Shown: positions 44,486 through 55,281 of the stretch, one piece after another
How positions within the stretch are numbered: the first letter of the stretch is position 1
Layout of the letters: each line of letters begins with the position of its first letter
NCBI GenBank assembly: GCA_038064695.1
Contig: JBBTSO010000001.1
Span: forward strand, 85,932 to 149,931
From: Patescibacteria group bacterium
GTDB taxonomy: Bacteria > Patescibacteriota > Minisyncoccia > Phycocordibacterales > Phycocordibacteraceae
DNA length: 64,000 bases
Reading direction: 5' to 3'
Program-made: the position numbers and the translations under genes
The notes under the pieces: generated by a model
Seen by the model: the letters and a program-made list of their open reading frames with translations, nothing else
Told to the model about the DNA's origin: nothing
Database searches by the model: none

Positions 44486-47368
44486 ATGAATGAGGAAGTT
44501 CAGAAATCTGAATCCGCGTTACGGGAAGAGAAGATTTTAGAGTTTTGGCACGACAGAGATATTTTCGCAAAAACCCTGCAGAAAAAATCCCCCAAGGGTG
44601 AGTTTGTGTTTTACGATGGGCCGCCCTTTGCGACGGGGCTTCCTCACTACGGACATATTCTGGCGTCGGTTATCAAAGACACCGTGCCGCGGTACTTCAC
44701 CATGCGCGGGTACCACGTGCCGAGAGTGTGGGGGTGGGATTGCCACGGACTCCCGATAGAAAATATTGTTGAAAAAGAGCTCGGATTCAAACATAAAAAA
44801 GAAATCCGCGAGTATGGAGTGGCAAAGTTTAATGAAACCTGTCGTGAACGTGTTTTAACCTACACATCGGAGTGGGAAAAAATTATTCCTCGCATCGGGC
44901 GATGGGTAGATATGAAAAACGCGTACCGAACCATGGACAAGTCGTTTATGGAAAGCGTGTGGTGGGTTTTTAAATCAATTTATGACAAGGGGTTGGTGTA
45001 CGAGGATTACCGTTCAATGCACGTTTGCCCGCGATGTGAAACAACGTTAAGTCAGCAAGAGGTATCAGAAGGATACAAAGACGTAAAAGATATTGCGATA
45101 ACCGTCAAATTTAAATTGAAAAAAAATAACGTGATCGGATTGTCTGGGGATGTGTATGCTCTTGCGTGGACCACGACCCCTTGGACACTTCCTGGTAACG
45201 TTGCCCTCGCAGTAAACTCAGAAATTGAGTACGAAGTATGGGAGAAAAACGGCGAGATGTTACTTGCGTCTAAAAAATACTGGGAGGAGCATCCTGGCGA
45301 TAAACCCGTAACACGCGGGGTATTATCTGGGGTCACTCTCCTTGGTCTTGAGTACGAACCGCCGTTTGATTACTACAAAAACGATACGACACTCAAGAAT
45401 CGCGAAAATGGATGGAAGGTGTACCATGCTGACTTTGTGACGGCAGATGCGGGAACGGGTATTGCGCATGAAGCCCCTGCCTTTGGTGCGGATGACTGGG
45501 AACTTTTAAAGAAAGAAAATCTTCCTTTTGTTCAGCACGTGAATTACGACGGAACCATGAAGACAGAAGTTGCTGCATTTGCGGGGATGGAAGTAAAGCC
45601 ACGCTCTGACGATGACCGAGTTCGTCTTGGTACCGATATCGCTGTCCTCACGTACCTTCAAGAACACAATCTCCTCTTTTTGAAAGAAAATATTACACAC
45701 GCGTATCCTCACTGTTGGCGATGTGATTCACCACTTTTAAATTACGCTACTTCGTCATGGTTTGTAAGTGTAGAAAAAATTAAAGACCGAATGTTAAAGA
45801 ACGCGCAGTCAATCAACTGGTCTCCCAAACATATAAAAGAGGGGAGGTGGGGAAAGTGGTTAGAGGGCGCGCGCGACTGGTCTATTTCACGTCAGCGCTT
45901 TTGGGCGAGCGTCATACCGATTTGGGTATGTGAAACCTGCAAAGAAAAACGTGTGTTCGGTTCAGCGTCAGAGCTTGAAAATGCGAGCGGAAAAAAGGTA
46001 GATGACCTTCACAAGCACATCGTGGATGAAATTACTGTTCCGTGCGCGTGTGGCGGCGTGATGCGACGCGTTTCTGATGTACTCGATACGTGGTTTGATT
46101 CAGGGTCCATGCCGTATGGAGAAAAACACTATCCTTTTGAAAAAAAAGAAGCATTTGACCGTACGTTTCCGGCGCAGTTTATTGCCGAGGGGCAAGACCA
46201 AACGCGAGCGTGGTTTTACTATCTTCACGTTTTTGCGACGGCGCTTTTTAACAAACCAGCCTTTCAAAATGTCATTGTGAACGGGATTATGCTTGCCGAA
46301 GATGGCAAGAAAATGTCTAAAAGGCTTCAAAACTATCCTGACCCAATGAAGGTGGTTGACCGCTACGGCGCAGACGCGCTTCGCTACTACCTCCTCTCGT
46401 CTCCCGTGGTCCAATCAGAAAACTTAAGCTTCGCTGAGAGCGGTGTTGACGAGGTATTGAAAAAACACATCAATCGTTTAATGAATGTGCTCTCATTTTA
46501 CAAACTCTATGAAGACGGAACAAAACGTTCGGGGGAGAGTAAACACGTTCTTGATCGTTGGATATTGCTCCAACTTGATGAACTCGTGTGGGAAATAACC
46601 CGTGCGTATGAGCGCTATGAATTAAACAATGCAGTACGACCGCTCGCGCTTTTTGTTGATGACCTTTCGGTGTGGTATTTGAGAAGAAGCCGAGATCGTT
46701 TAAAAAACAGCAGTGCTGACCAAAAAGCTGCACTCGCGACCCTGCGTCAGGTACTCTATACACTTTCACTGGTGATTGCTCCTGCCATGCCATTTACGGC
46801 AGAATCGCTCTACCAAGAAGTTAAAGAAGGTGACGATCTGGAGAGTGTTCATTTATGTAGTTGGCCTGAAAGACGTAAACCATTCTTTTCTTTCCCTCAC
46901 CACTTTGGCAGATCTCTTAAAGAGTCGCCCCTTATTGCGGACATGAGCGAGGTACGTCGCGTGGTGTCGCTCGCGCTTGAAAAGCGTTCGTCGGTAAACA
47001 TTAAGGTGCGCCAGCCACTGCAGCAGCTCACCGTGAAGGATGAACGGTTGAAAGGGAAATATGAACTTGTAGAACTTATTAAAGAAGAGGTGAATGTGAA
47101 GGACGTGGTGTTTGATAAGAATCTTTCCGAAGATGTTCTCCTAGACACGGCTATCACCGACGCATTAAAAGAAGAGGGAGATGTTCGTGAGTTGGTGCGT
47201 CTCATTCAAGATTTGCGAAAAGCATCAGACCTTTCGCCAAAGGATACAGCGACTCTTACGTTTGCGGGAGATGCTACGCTCTTAGAAAAATACTGGGAAC
47301 AAATTTCAAAGACGACGAACCTTGCGCGATTTGAGCGCGGAGACGAGAACCATGTCACGAAGTCATGA
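44486..47368 (+). CDS. ileS: Isoleucine--tRNA ligase (IleRS2 type)
   Basis: DGPPFATGLPHYGH, WTTTPWTLP, DWSISRQRFW, KMSKR. Confidence 0.96.
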   Translation: MNEEVQKSESALREEKILEFWHDRDIFAKTLQKKSPKGEFVFYDGPPFATGLPHYGHILASVIKDTVPRYFTMRGYHVPRVWGWDCHGLPIENIVEKELGFKHKKEIREYGVAKFNETCRERVLTYTSEWEKIIPRIGRWVDMKNAYRTMDKSFMESVWWVFKSIYDKGLVYEDYRSMHVCPRCETTLSQQEVSEGYKDVKDIAITVKFKLKKNNVIGLSGDVYALAWTTTPWTLPGNVALAVNSEIEYEVWEKNGEMLLASKKYWEEHPGDKPVTRGVLSGVTLLGLEYEPPFDYYKNDTTLKNRENGWKVYHADFVTADAGTGIAHEAPAFGADDWELLKKENLPFVQHVNYDGTMKTEVAAFAGMEVKPRSDDDRVRLGTDIAVLTYLQEHNLLFLKENITHAYPHCWRCDSPLLNYATSSWFVSVEKIKDRMLKNAQSINWSPKHIKEGRWGKWLEGARDWSISRQRFWASVIPIWVCETCKEKRVFGSASELENASGKKVDDLHKHIVDEITVPCACGGVMRRVSDVLDTWFDSGSMPYGEKHYPFEKKEAFDRTFPAQFIAEGQDQTRAWFYYLHVFATALFNKPAFQNVIVNGIMLAEDGKKMSKRLQNYPDPMKVVDRYGADALRYYLLSSPVVQSENLSFAESGVDEVLKKHINRLMNVLSFYKLYEDGTKRSGESKHVLDRWILLQLDELVWEITRAYERYELNNAVRPLALFVDDLSVWYLRRSRDRLKNSSADQKAALATLRQVLYTLSLVIAPAMPFTAESLYQEVKEGDDLESVHLCSWPERRKPFFSFPHHFGRSLKESPLIADMSEVRRVVSLALEKRSSVNIKVRQPLQQLTVKDERLKGKYELVELIKEEVNVKDVVFDKNLSEDVLLDTAITDALKEEGDVRELVRLIQDLRKASDLSPKDTATLTFAGDATLLEKYWEQISKTTNLARFERGDENHVTKS

Positions 47369-47942
47369 CATCACCGCGCGAGGAGTGGTGGTGAGTCGTG
47401 CTCCCTCCGGGGAAGGAAGCGTGCGGGTTTCTATTTTTACTGAAAGCTTGGGGTTAGTGAATGTGCTTGCGAAAAGCGCGCGTGAAGAGCGTTCCAAACT
47501 TCGCCCCCACTTGCAGGTTGGGTCGTACGGGTCGTATACGCTTGTTCGTGGTCTCTACGACTGGCGCGTTACCGGTGCTGTTGATACAGAAAATTCATAC
47601 TTTGAACTTAGGGGCAAACGGTACGCGCAAACGGCAGGCGCGCGTGTTGTTGGTGTGGTTCGTCAGTTAGTTCACGGTGAAGAAAAAAACGCTGAATTGT
47701 TTGAAGCGCTGTGGTTTTTTCTCTACGCGCTCGGTACGTTGTCGGAAGATGAAGTAAAAACTGCCGAACACCTCGCGGTGGTGCGCATTCTCTCAGCTCT
47801 CGGCTACGTTCCTCCTCAGAAAGAAGTGCCGTTTGTGGAAGAGGTGTCCTACACTGCTGAAGTCTTAAACGCGGTAAAACCGTATGAAAAAAAGCTTGTA
47901 AGGGCAATTAATGAAGCACTTTTGGCAAGTAATTTGGCGTAA
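47352..47942 (+). CDS. recO: DNA repair protein RecO (short)
   Basis: GE..VSIFTESLG..AKSAR..SKLR..LQ and ILSALGY. Confidence 0.8.
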   Translation: MSRSHDITARGVVVSRAPSGEGSVRVSIFTESLGLVNVLAKSAREERSKLRPHLQVGSYGSYTLVRGLYDWRVTGAVDTENSYFELRGKRYAQTAGARVVGVVRQLVHGEEKNAELFEALWFFLYALGTLSEDEVKTAEHLAVVRILSALGYVPPQKEVPFVEEVSYTAEVLNAVKPYEKKLVRAINEALLASNLA

Positions 47943-48022
47943 TAATAGGAAACAGTAATGAGTGAAGAGTAATCAGCGGTGAGTAATGAGAGATAGAAAT
48001 GAGTATCGTATAATGCAAAGAT

Positions 48023-48142
48023 ATGGATCCCGTTAGAAATAACGGACTCCTAAAAGTTTTCATGTTTATTTTTATTAAAAAACTTAACCGAATAGGCGTG
48101 CGTAATAAAATTACGTTTACGTCCTATTTCTAACGGGATGGA
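48023..48142. mobile_element. Miniature TIR element inserted at a start codon
   Basis: ATGGA|TCCCGTTAGAAAT...ATTTCTAACGGG|ATGGA. Confidence 0.8.
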
Positions 48143-50003
48143 AAAAAAGAGCGCGCTTGAGCGCCTCGCGAAAAAATTAAACTCGCGCACCGACGGAGAG
48201 TTCCACGCGCGTCGCTCAACACTTTCCGCGGAAAGTACTACTCCCGCTCGGTCGTGGCAGAGTGAAAAGCCGGTCACCGCGCTTGAAACAGGTGGTCGTA
48301 AAAAAATGAAAAGACTGAGTTACCTAGAACTATTTTTTATTGGCTCAGTGGTCTTTTTTGTTATTGCTGGCGCGTCCGCCGCGTTCCTCTTCTTTTCGGG
48401 AAGCAACACGGTTTCAACGAGAAACGTAGATATTGCCATAAGCGGTCCGACTTCAGTGCGCGCCGGCGAAGTACTTCCACTCCAAATAGTGTTGACTAAC
48501 CGCAACTCGGTGCCGATGGAACTTACCGACCTCGTGGTTGAGTTTCCACCAGGCACGCGAAGCGAGAATGATGTCACGCTTGAATTGCCGCGTATTCGCG
48601 AAAGCCTCGGCACCATAAAACCAGGGGAGAGCGTGAACCGAACCGTGCGCGCCATTATGTTTGGACAGGCAGATCAAAATTTAGACATCACCGTTTCGGT
48701 TGAGTACCGCGTACCATCTTCAAACGCCATTTTCCTTGCTGAAGAAACGTACTCGCTCCCCATTAGCCAGTCGCCCGCAAGCATCACGGTGGAGTCGCTC
48801 CAAGAAATAGTGTCAGGTCAAGAAACCGCGCTCACGGTCACGGTCACTTCAAACGTGACCGAGGTGTTAGACAACCTTCTCTTAGTTGCGGAATATCCGC
48901 CAGGGTTTTCATTTAAATCCGCCTCGCCTACCGCGGTGACGGGGAGCAACACATGGCGCTTGGGCGACATAGAGGCGGGAGGAAAACGCACCATCACTAT
49001 TCGTGGGGTGTTTACAGGCGAAGATGGTGACGAGCGCGTGGTGCACTTCACGACGGGAACTGAAAATGGAAATGCAAAAGATGAAATTGCGGCGCCACTG
49101 GCAACGGGGGATGTCGCGTTGAAATTGGCAAAGCCATTTGTTTCACTTTCGCTCTCGCTCGACGGGAGTGTTGCAACGGAAAAGGTGGTCGTGCGTGGGG
49201 CTCCCGTTCGCGTGGACTTGCGTTGGGTGAACAACCTGCCCCAGCGCGCGCAGGATGTTGAGCTAGAGGTGAAATTAAACGGCGCTATTTTGGATAGAAA
49301 CAGCATCGTGGCGCAAAAAGGTTTCTGGCGCTCTAGCGACAACACCGTTATTTTCAGTCGAGAAACTGACTCTGCACTGAACGATGTGGCTCCAGGGGGA
49401 ACAGGAACGTATTCGTTTAGTTTTGCGTCACTTCCGTTTGAATCTGGAGTATTTAAAAACCCCGAAATAACACTCTCGGCAACGGTGCGCGCGCGCCGTA
49501 TTACCGAATCAAACGTACCTGAAACTATTGAATCTAAAACAACGTCGCGGGTGCTGGTGGCAACAGACCTTTCACTCGCAAACTCTCTTTCATACCTCTC
49601 GGGGAGCAAACCTCCCAAAGCAGACACCGACACCACCTACCTTGTCAGTTGGACAGTGAACAATACCGCAAACGCGGTGGCGAACGCGCAAGTAACAGCA
49701 GCGCTGCCGAGCTACGTAAAATTTGTTCAAGGGTCAACGAACGACGCTATTTCGTACAACTCAATTGGTGGCGTGGTGACGTGGACGGTGGGGGATTTGG
49801 AGGCAGGGCAGTCAAAAAATGCCACATTCCAGGTTACCTTAACCCCATCTCTTTCTCAGGTGGGGAATATGCCAACGGTGATTTCTGACCAGCGTGTCTA
49901 CGGGTTTGACCGCTTTACCAGAACTAACATAGAACGTTCTGCTCAGGCACTGACCACGCAGAGCGCCGGCGCTACACCGCAGCTGTCGTCTGTGGTACCG
50001 TAG
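48138..50003 (+). CDS. Membrane-anchored surface protein with Ig-like (DUF11-like) domains
   Basis: One N-terminal TM; repeated beta-rich W.LGD / WTVGDL modules. Confidence 0.8.
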   Translation: MEKKSALERLAKKLNSRTDGEFHARRSTLSAESTTPARSWQSEKPVTALETGGRKKMKRLSYLELFFIGSVVFFVIAGASAAFLFFSGSNTVSTRNVDIAISGPTSVRAGEVLPLQIVLTNRNSVPMELTDLVVEFPPGTRSENDVTLELPRIRESLGTIKPGESVNRTVRAIMFGQADQNLDITVSVEYRVPSSNAIFLAEETYSLPISQSPASITVESLQEIVSGQETALTVTVTSNVTEVLDNLLLVAEYPPGFSFKSASPTAVTGSNTWRLGDIEAGGKRTITIRGVFTGEDGDERVVHFTTGTENGNAKDEIAAPLATGDVALKLAKPFVSLSLSLDGSVATEKVVVRGAPVRVDLRWVNNLPQRAQDVELEVKLNGAILDRNSIVAQKGFWRSSDNTVIFSRETDSALNDVAPGGTGTYSFSFASLPFESGVFKNPEITLSATVRARRITESNVPETIESKTTSRVLVATDLSLANSLSYLSGSKPPKADTDTTYLVSWTVNNTANAVANAQVTAALPSYVKFVQGSTNDAISYNSIGGVVTWTVGDLEAGQSKNATFQVTLTPSLSQVGNMPTVISDQRVYGFDRFTRTNIERSAQALTTQSAGATPQLSSVVP

Positions 50004-50046
50004 GTCATACGAAGTATGACCAGTAAACAGGAATCAGTAATGAGTT

Positions 50047-51453
50047 ATGAGTGAAAACCAAGAAAACGTAATGGAAAAAATTGTGTCGCTCGCCAAAAGG
50101 CGCGGGTTTATTTTTCAAGGTTCTGAAATTTATGGGGGGCTTGCGGGCGTGTATGATTTTGGCCCGAACGGAGTGGAACTTTTAAGTAACATCAAACAGT
50201 CGTGGTGGAAAGCGAATGTGTACGATAAAGAAAACTATTTTGGTATTGATTCTGGAATGTTCAAACATCCCAAAACGTGGGAGGCGTCTGGCCACACGAG
50301 CGGGTTTTCAGACCCACTTGCGGAGTGTAAAAACTGCAACACGCGCATTCGTGTTGATAAAGAGCTCGCCGCGCTTGGTGTAGAGGCGGATGAAAAAATG
50401 TCTGAGAGCGAGCTCAACGAGTTGTTTGACGCGCATCGGGAGAAAATAAAATGCCCTACCTGTGGTAAAAAAGATTTTTCAAAAGTCCGCGCGTTTAACT
50501 TGTTGGTGAAATCAAATCTCGGCGACTTCACTTCCGAAGGTACCGACCCGGTGTACCTGCCGGGCGAGGCGTGCCAGGGAATCTACCTCAACTTTAAAAA
50601 TATTGTGGACAGCATGCACCCGAAAATTCCTTTCGGCGTTGCGCAAATCGGTAAGGCATTTCGAAATGAAATCAGTCCTCGTAACTTTCTTTTTCGTACA
50701 CGCGAGTTGGAACAGGCGGACACGCAGTACTTTGTAAAACCAAACGAAAACAAAGATGCGTACGAAAAAATAAAACAAGAACGCTGGCAGTGGTATCTAA
50801 GTTTGGGCATTGAAGAAAACAAACTGCGTTGGAAACAACATGAAAACCTTGTCTTCTACGCGAAAGACGCGTGGGACATTGAGTACGAATTTCCGGGAGG
50901 GTTTGATGAAGTGGAAGGTATCCACGACCGCACTGACTACGACTTAACCCAGCATATGAAGTTCTCTGGAGTTGACCTACGCTACACCGACCCGGAAACC
51001 GGCGAGAAGTACATTCCGTGGATTCTTGAAACTTCTATGGGTGTGGGGCGCGTATTCCTTGCGGTGCTTGCAAACGCGTACCGCGAAGATGAACTCGGAG
51101 GGGAGAAGCGCGTGTACTTAAAACTTCCTCCGCACCTGGCGCCCGTAAAAGCGTGCGTGTCGCCACTCCTTAAAAACAAACCAGAGTTGGTTGAAAAAGC
51201 GCGGGAAGTCTATGCAACACTCAAAAAAGAGGTTCCACAAATCGTGTGGGACGACAACGGCAATATTGGTAAACGCTACCGCCGTCAAGACGAAATTGGT
51301 ACGCCGTTCTGCATCACCGTTGATTTTGACACCTTGGGCGAACACGCGGAACTAAAAGACACCGTAACGCTGCGCCACCGTGATACTGGAGAACAGGAGC
51401 GTTTGAGTATTGAAGATGTCGTTAAAAAAGTAAAACAGAAAATTACTTTGTAA
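50047..51453 (+). CDS. glyQS: Glycine--tRNA ligase (homodimeric type)
   Basis: KRRGF, WEASGH, AQIGKAFRNEI, IGKRYRRQDEIGTP. Confidence 0.96.
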   Translation: MSENQENVMEKIVSLAKRRGFIFQGSEIYGGLAGVYDFGPNGVELLSNIKQSWWKANVYDKENYFGIDSGMFKHPKTWEASGHTSGFSDPLAECKNCNTRIRVDKELAALGVEADEKMSESELNELFDAHREKIKCPTCGKKDFSKVRAFNLLVKSNLGDFTSEGTDPVYLPGEACQGIYLNFKNIVDSMHPKIPFGVAQIGKAFRNEISPRNFLFRTRELEQADTQYFVKPNENKDAYEKIKQERWQWYLSLGIEENKLRWKQHENLVFYAKDAWDIEYEFPGGFDEVEGIHDRTDYDLTQHMKFSGVDLRYTDPETGEKYIPWILETSMGVGRVFLAVLANAYREDELGGEKRVYLKLPPHLAPVKACVSPLLKNKPELVEKAREVYATLKKEVPQIVWDDNGNIGKRYRRQDEIGTPFCITVDFDTLGEHAELKDTVTLRHRDTGEQERLSIEDVVKKVKQKITL

Positions 51454-51459
51454 TTTTTT

Positions 51460-52287
51460 ATGCAAAAAAGTGCTTTGTGGCGTTTTATTTGGCTGCAAGC
51501 TTTCTTTAAAAACTTTCATTACTACATTTCTAATAGAGATGTGTATAGGGCCTTCAGAAGGGCTGAGCAAAAAGGAATGTTTAATCTTGGCACTGGCAAA
51601 ACCGAACTACGTGCAGAGGTTCAGAATCCAAACATAACTGATATTTTAATTAAAGAATTTAAACCCCACGAAAACGTTTTCCAGCTCACCATTACCGATC
51701 ATTATAAGATTCAAAAAGAACGCGACTTAGTAAATAAAAAATATGAGAAACAGCTAGAGAGAAGCAAGGAAACCGCAGGCCCAGGCATAGGAGGGGAAGT
51801 TTTTGCAGTTGATGGATTGATTTATATTGGCACTTTTGTTTTGACGTTTTTTATACAGTGGATAACACAACATCTTGCTGGAGAAATAGATGATAAAGCG
51901 TGGTCACTATTTAAAAAATCATTTATAAATGTTTTTGAAAAGTTAAAAAAACAAAAAACTGAAGGCAGTATTGCCATTGTCACATCTTATAAACCAGAAC
52001 AAGCTCCAAGACCAACCATTTACTTTGTTCTCCCGACATCTATTTCTACAGAAAAGGAATTAATGGAAATATTAGAAACAATTAGAAATTTTACTTACGT
52101 TATTAACTCTATACACCAGGAGTTTAATGGGCGAATATCAGTTTACTCCATATGTTTTGATACTGAAGCCAAGATATGGAGGCTCGGTACTTCCGGTGAG
52201 TGGAATCCGGAAGAATCAGAGATTCAGGAAAACATAGAAAAGGTGATTCATGAAAAAACAAACATTCAAATCATAATTCGAAAATAG
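51460..52287 (+). CDS. AT-rich hypothetical protein
   Basis: Long ORF with visibly lower GC and one central hydrophobic segment; start uncertain. Confidence 0.55.
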   Translation: MQKSALWRFIWLQAFFKNFHYYISNRDVYRAFRRAEQKGMFNLGTGKTELRAEVQNPNITDILIKEFKPHENVFQLTITDHYKIQKERDLVNKKYEKQLERSKETAGPGIGGEVFAVDGLIYIGTFVLTFFIQWITQHLAGEIDDKAWSLFKKSFINVFEKLKKQKTEGSIAIVTSYKPEQAPRPTIYFVLPTSISTEKELMEILETIRNFTYVINSIHQEFNGRISVYSICFDTEAKIWRLGTSGEWNPEESEIQENIEKVIHEKTNIQIIIRK

Positions 52288-52314
52288 CGTATAACTCTTT
52301 GATATAGTGCCGGT

Positions 52315-52872
52315 ATGAAAAAAGTTTTTATTCTCCACGGGTGTCCGTCTTTTGAAAAAGAAGGTCCAGAGCAGACCTATGCGAAACACTGGATGCCGTG
52401 GATAGAGAGAGAACTTATTGAAAGGGGATATGAAGTAGTGCGCCCCATGATGCCAGAGCCGTGGGCGCCGAAGTACGCTGCATTTAAAGAAGAATTTGAG
52501 AAAAACGAAATACCTGATGATGCTATTTTGATTGGCCACTCTTGTGGCGCCGCGTTTTTAGTTCGGTGGCTTGGAGATACAAAGCACAAGGCCTCACAAT
52601 TAATTTTAGTCGCTCCTTGGAAAATTCCTGATGAAGGTGATGTGGGGCGGCAAAAATACTATGGCTACGACATAGACAAAACAATTCCATCTCGAGTGCC
52701 GAATATCGTGATGTTCACTTCTGACACTGAGGAAGAAGAGGGGAAAGAGAGTGTAAAAATTTTTCACGAAGCGCTCGGCGGAAAGTTGATAGAATTAAAA
52801 AACAAAGGACACTACAAGCTTGGGGAAATGGGCGGAGAAGAGTTTCCTGAACTTCTTGAAGAAATTTTATGA
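52315..52872 (+). CDS. RBBP9/YdeN family alpha/beta hydrolase
   Basis: VFILHG, HWMPW, IGHSCG, KGH. Confidence 0.88.
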   Translation: MKKVFILHGCPSFEKEGPEQTYAKHWMPWIERELIERGYEVVRPMMPEPWAPKYAAFKEEFEKNEIPDDAILIGHSCGAAFLVRWLGDTKHKASQLILVAPWKIPDEGDVGRQKYYGYDIDKTIPSRVPNIVMFTSDTEEEEGKESVKIFHEALGGKLIELKNKGHYKLGEMGGEEFPELLEEIL

Positions 52873-53591
52873 ACCTCATCGTTGATGCAAAACTTCAGGA
52901 AACAATTGATGCCATAACATTGAACTTTAATCCGGTGTCAATTTTTCTTTATGGTTCGCGTGCTCGTACCGATGCACTTGATCAAAGTGATTATGAAATC
53001 GGAGTACTTTATAAAAGAGAAAATAAAATATCACGTCTAGAGTTAAAAGCTATAAACCCACACGAAGAGGTCGTTATTTATCCATTTGAATATGAGGATT
53101 TTCTGGCGTACAAAATTGATACGCCCTTCCCTGAAGGGATTTATTTTAGAGAGCTTATTGGTGTGGGAAAAACTTTGTATGGTGAGGAGGTTCTTGAACA
53201 CCTAGATTCGCCCAAAATCACTACACTGGATTTATTGCAACGTGTCCGTTTTGATACCGCTTTTGCACTTGCGGCCATTTTGTCAAAACGGAATGGCGAC
53301 GAAACTACTGCAGCAACAGAATTTTCAAAATCATGTCTGTTCGGGGTGCGTTGTCTGATTATTCTTGAGACAAAACGATTTCCGTTCACCTATGACGATA
53401 TTTATGAACAGTCTAAATTACTCGACTTAGGTGAGTATGGTCACGTTGTTGAACACGCTTTTGCTGTACGAAAAGGAACAGAGAGGCTAGACGAAAATTT
53501 GCTTTATCGCAATGTATCGTTGTTAAATAAAATTATTAAAAACCGAATTGTAGATTTAATGGGGAAAGAGGGGAATAAAGGATTGTTGTAA
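52869..53591 (+). CDS. Nucleotidyltransferase (Pol-beta/MNT) domain plus helical C-terminal domain
   Basis: FLYGSRARTDALDQSDYEI. Confidence 0.78.
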   Translation: MNLIVDAKLQETIDAITLNFNPVSIFLYGSRARTDALDQSDYEIGVLYKRENKISRLELKAINPHEEVVIYPFEYEDFLAYKIDTPFPEGIYFRELIGVGKTLYGEEVLEHLDSPKITTLDLLQRVRFDTAFALAAILSKRNGDETTAATEFSKSCLFGVRCLIILETKRFPFTYDDIYEQSKLLDLGEYGHVVEHAFAVRKGTERLDENLLYRNVSLLNKIIKNRIVDLMGKEGNKGLL

Positions 53592-53596
53592 CTTAT

Positions 53597-53956
53597 ATGA
53601 ACCTCATCGTTGATGTACAGGCGAAAGATTTGAATAGGGCAGTGAAGTTTTATACTGATGTTCTTGGGTTAAAGTGTCGTATTCATGAAAAAGATTGGGC
53701 GGGGATAGTGGTTGGGGATGCGGAAATACATTTGTACGTTGACGGGGGTGTCACTGAAGGAGTTGAATTTTATGTGGATGACATTGACACAGAAGTGAAA
53801 CGTCTTTCGGCGCTTGGGGTACAGTTTTTTGCAGGAAGCGATAAACCAAGTTTTATAAAGGCAGATGAACAAAACATCAGTGAGTTTCCATTCGGCCGCT
53901 TAGCATACTTCAAAGACTCCGAAGGCAACGAACTCGCTCTCGTTAAAGATTTTTAG
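53597..53956 (+). CDS. VOC/glyoxalase family protein
   Basis: DLNRAVKFYTDVLG, FYVDDID, YFKDSEGN. Confidence 0.88.
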   Translation: MNLIVDVQAKDLNRAVKFYTDVLGLKCRIHEKDWAGIVVGDAEIHLYVDGGVTEGVEFYVDDIDTEVKRLSALGVQFFAGSDKPSFIKADEQNISEFPFGRLAYFKDSEGNELALVKDF

Positions 53957-53996
53957 TAAGGAGTTTTGAAGGTATAATGCTTTTTGAAAATGTTTT

Positions 53997-54992
53997 ATGA
54001 AAACTCTAGCATTTTTTACGCCATCATTGATTATCTCCGTGTTCGTTTTGGGAGCGGTGTTTTGGTACGGGGGAGTGGAAGCACTTTTTTTGGCGGCGCT
54101 TCTTTCAGTCTTGGAAGTAACCCTCTCCTTTGACAACGCGGTGGTGAACGCCAAAGTGTTGGCGCGCATGACCCCTGCATGGCAACAACGCTTTCTTACG
54201 TGGGGGATTTTGATCGCCGTGGTAGGGACACGGCTCATCTTGCCTATTTTAATTGTGGCGGTAACCGTGTGGACCTCCCCGTGGGTGATTGCCAAACTCG
54301 CGTTTTTTGATCCTGAAGCGTATGGGCACCTGTTAGAAGGTGCGCGATACGCCATTAATTCATTTGGCGCATCATTTCTGCTTATGGTGTCTTTAAAATA
54401 TTTTATGAATGCTTCAAAGGACCGTCACTGGCTCCATGTGATTGAACATTATCTTGCGCGTTCAGGGAAGATTGAATCTATCGCGGTTGCGGTAGTGTTG
54501 ATAGCCCTCACCGCCGTTTCGTTTTTGGTGCCTGACGAAGCATCAACAGTGGTACTAGTTGCCGGTATTGTGGGGATAGTTATTTTTATTTTAATGGAAG
54601 GTATCACTAGTTCGTTTTCGGTTTCTACCGAGGAAGTAGAAAAGGCAGGACTCGCGATGTTTATTTACCTTAACGTCTTAGATACCGCATTTTCATTGGA
54701 CTCTGTCGTTGGTGCGTTTGCGCTTTCAAATTCCATTCCGGTTATTGTAGCGGGCTTAGGTATTGGTGCGTACTTTGTTCGTACACTCACCATTTACCTT
54801 GTAAAGAAAAAAGCACTCGACACCATTATTTTTCTAGAGCATGGTGCTCACTGGGCAATTTTTGGACTTGCTGCTTCAATGTTAGTGGGGACGCTGGTTG
54901 AAGTTCCTGAAATTATTACAGGAGGTATCGGTCTCTTTTTTGTCGTTGCTGCCTATTACTCATCGTTACTCTTAAAGAAAAAAGAAGTATGA
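53997..54992 (+). CDS. DUF475 / TerC-like membrane protein
   Basis: LEVTLSFDNAVVNA, FSLDSVVGAFA, LEHGAHWAI. Confidence 0.9.
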   Translation: MKTLAFFTPSLIISVFVLGAVFWYGGVEALFLAALLSVLEVTLSFDNAVVNAKVLARMTPAWQQRFLTWGILIAVVGTRLILPILIVAVTVWTSPWVIAKLAFFDPEAYGHLLEGARYAINSFGASFLLMVSLKYFMNASKDRHWLHVIEHYLARSGKIESIAVAVVLIALTAVSFLVPDEASTVVLVAGIVGIVIFILMEGITSSFSVSTEEVEKAGLAMFIYLNVLDTAFSLDSVVGAFALSNSIPVIVAGLGIGAYFVRTLTIYLVKKKALDTIIFLEHGAHWAIFGLAASMLVGTLVEVPEIITGGIGLFFVVAAYYSSLLLKKKEV

Positions 54993-55201
54993 CTCTAAAA
55001 ACACTGCTTAAATTTCTGCGAACATTTTCTATCGTTATCGGACTCGTCCTCATTTGGCGGGGAATTTGGTACATTTTGGATTGGATAGACTTCACCTTTT
55101 TAGCGAGTCAGCACGTGTGGACAGCGGTCGGGGGGATTGTGTTGGGGCTCCTTATTCTCTACATTCCCGACGGAGATTTGAAAGAAATTGAAAAGTTGTA
55201 A
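54989..55201 (+). CDS. Small 2-TM protein
   Basis: LIWRGIW.ILD motif; ATGA-type overlap with the upstream gene. Confidence 0.75.
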   Translation: MTLKTLLKFLRTFSIVIGLVLIWRGIWYILDWIDFTFLASQHVWTAVGGIVLGLLILYIPDGDLKEIEKL

Positions 55202-55281
55202 TCTTTGTCCTAAAAAATACAATACGTCAGTTTTGTGCCGGCACACCGGTGAGTGGTTGACAGGGTTGATAGAATAAGAGT

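Noticed and set aside
48818-49636. Long antisense ORFs (also 1615-2106, 13717-14178, 26600-27316)
   Set aside because: Ser/Thr-rich shadow frames opposite well-supported genes.
52869-53956. MNT-HEPN toxin-antitoxin pair
   Set aside because: The neighbours are a hydrolase and a VOC protein, and no HEPN RxxxxH gene is adjacent.
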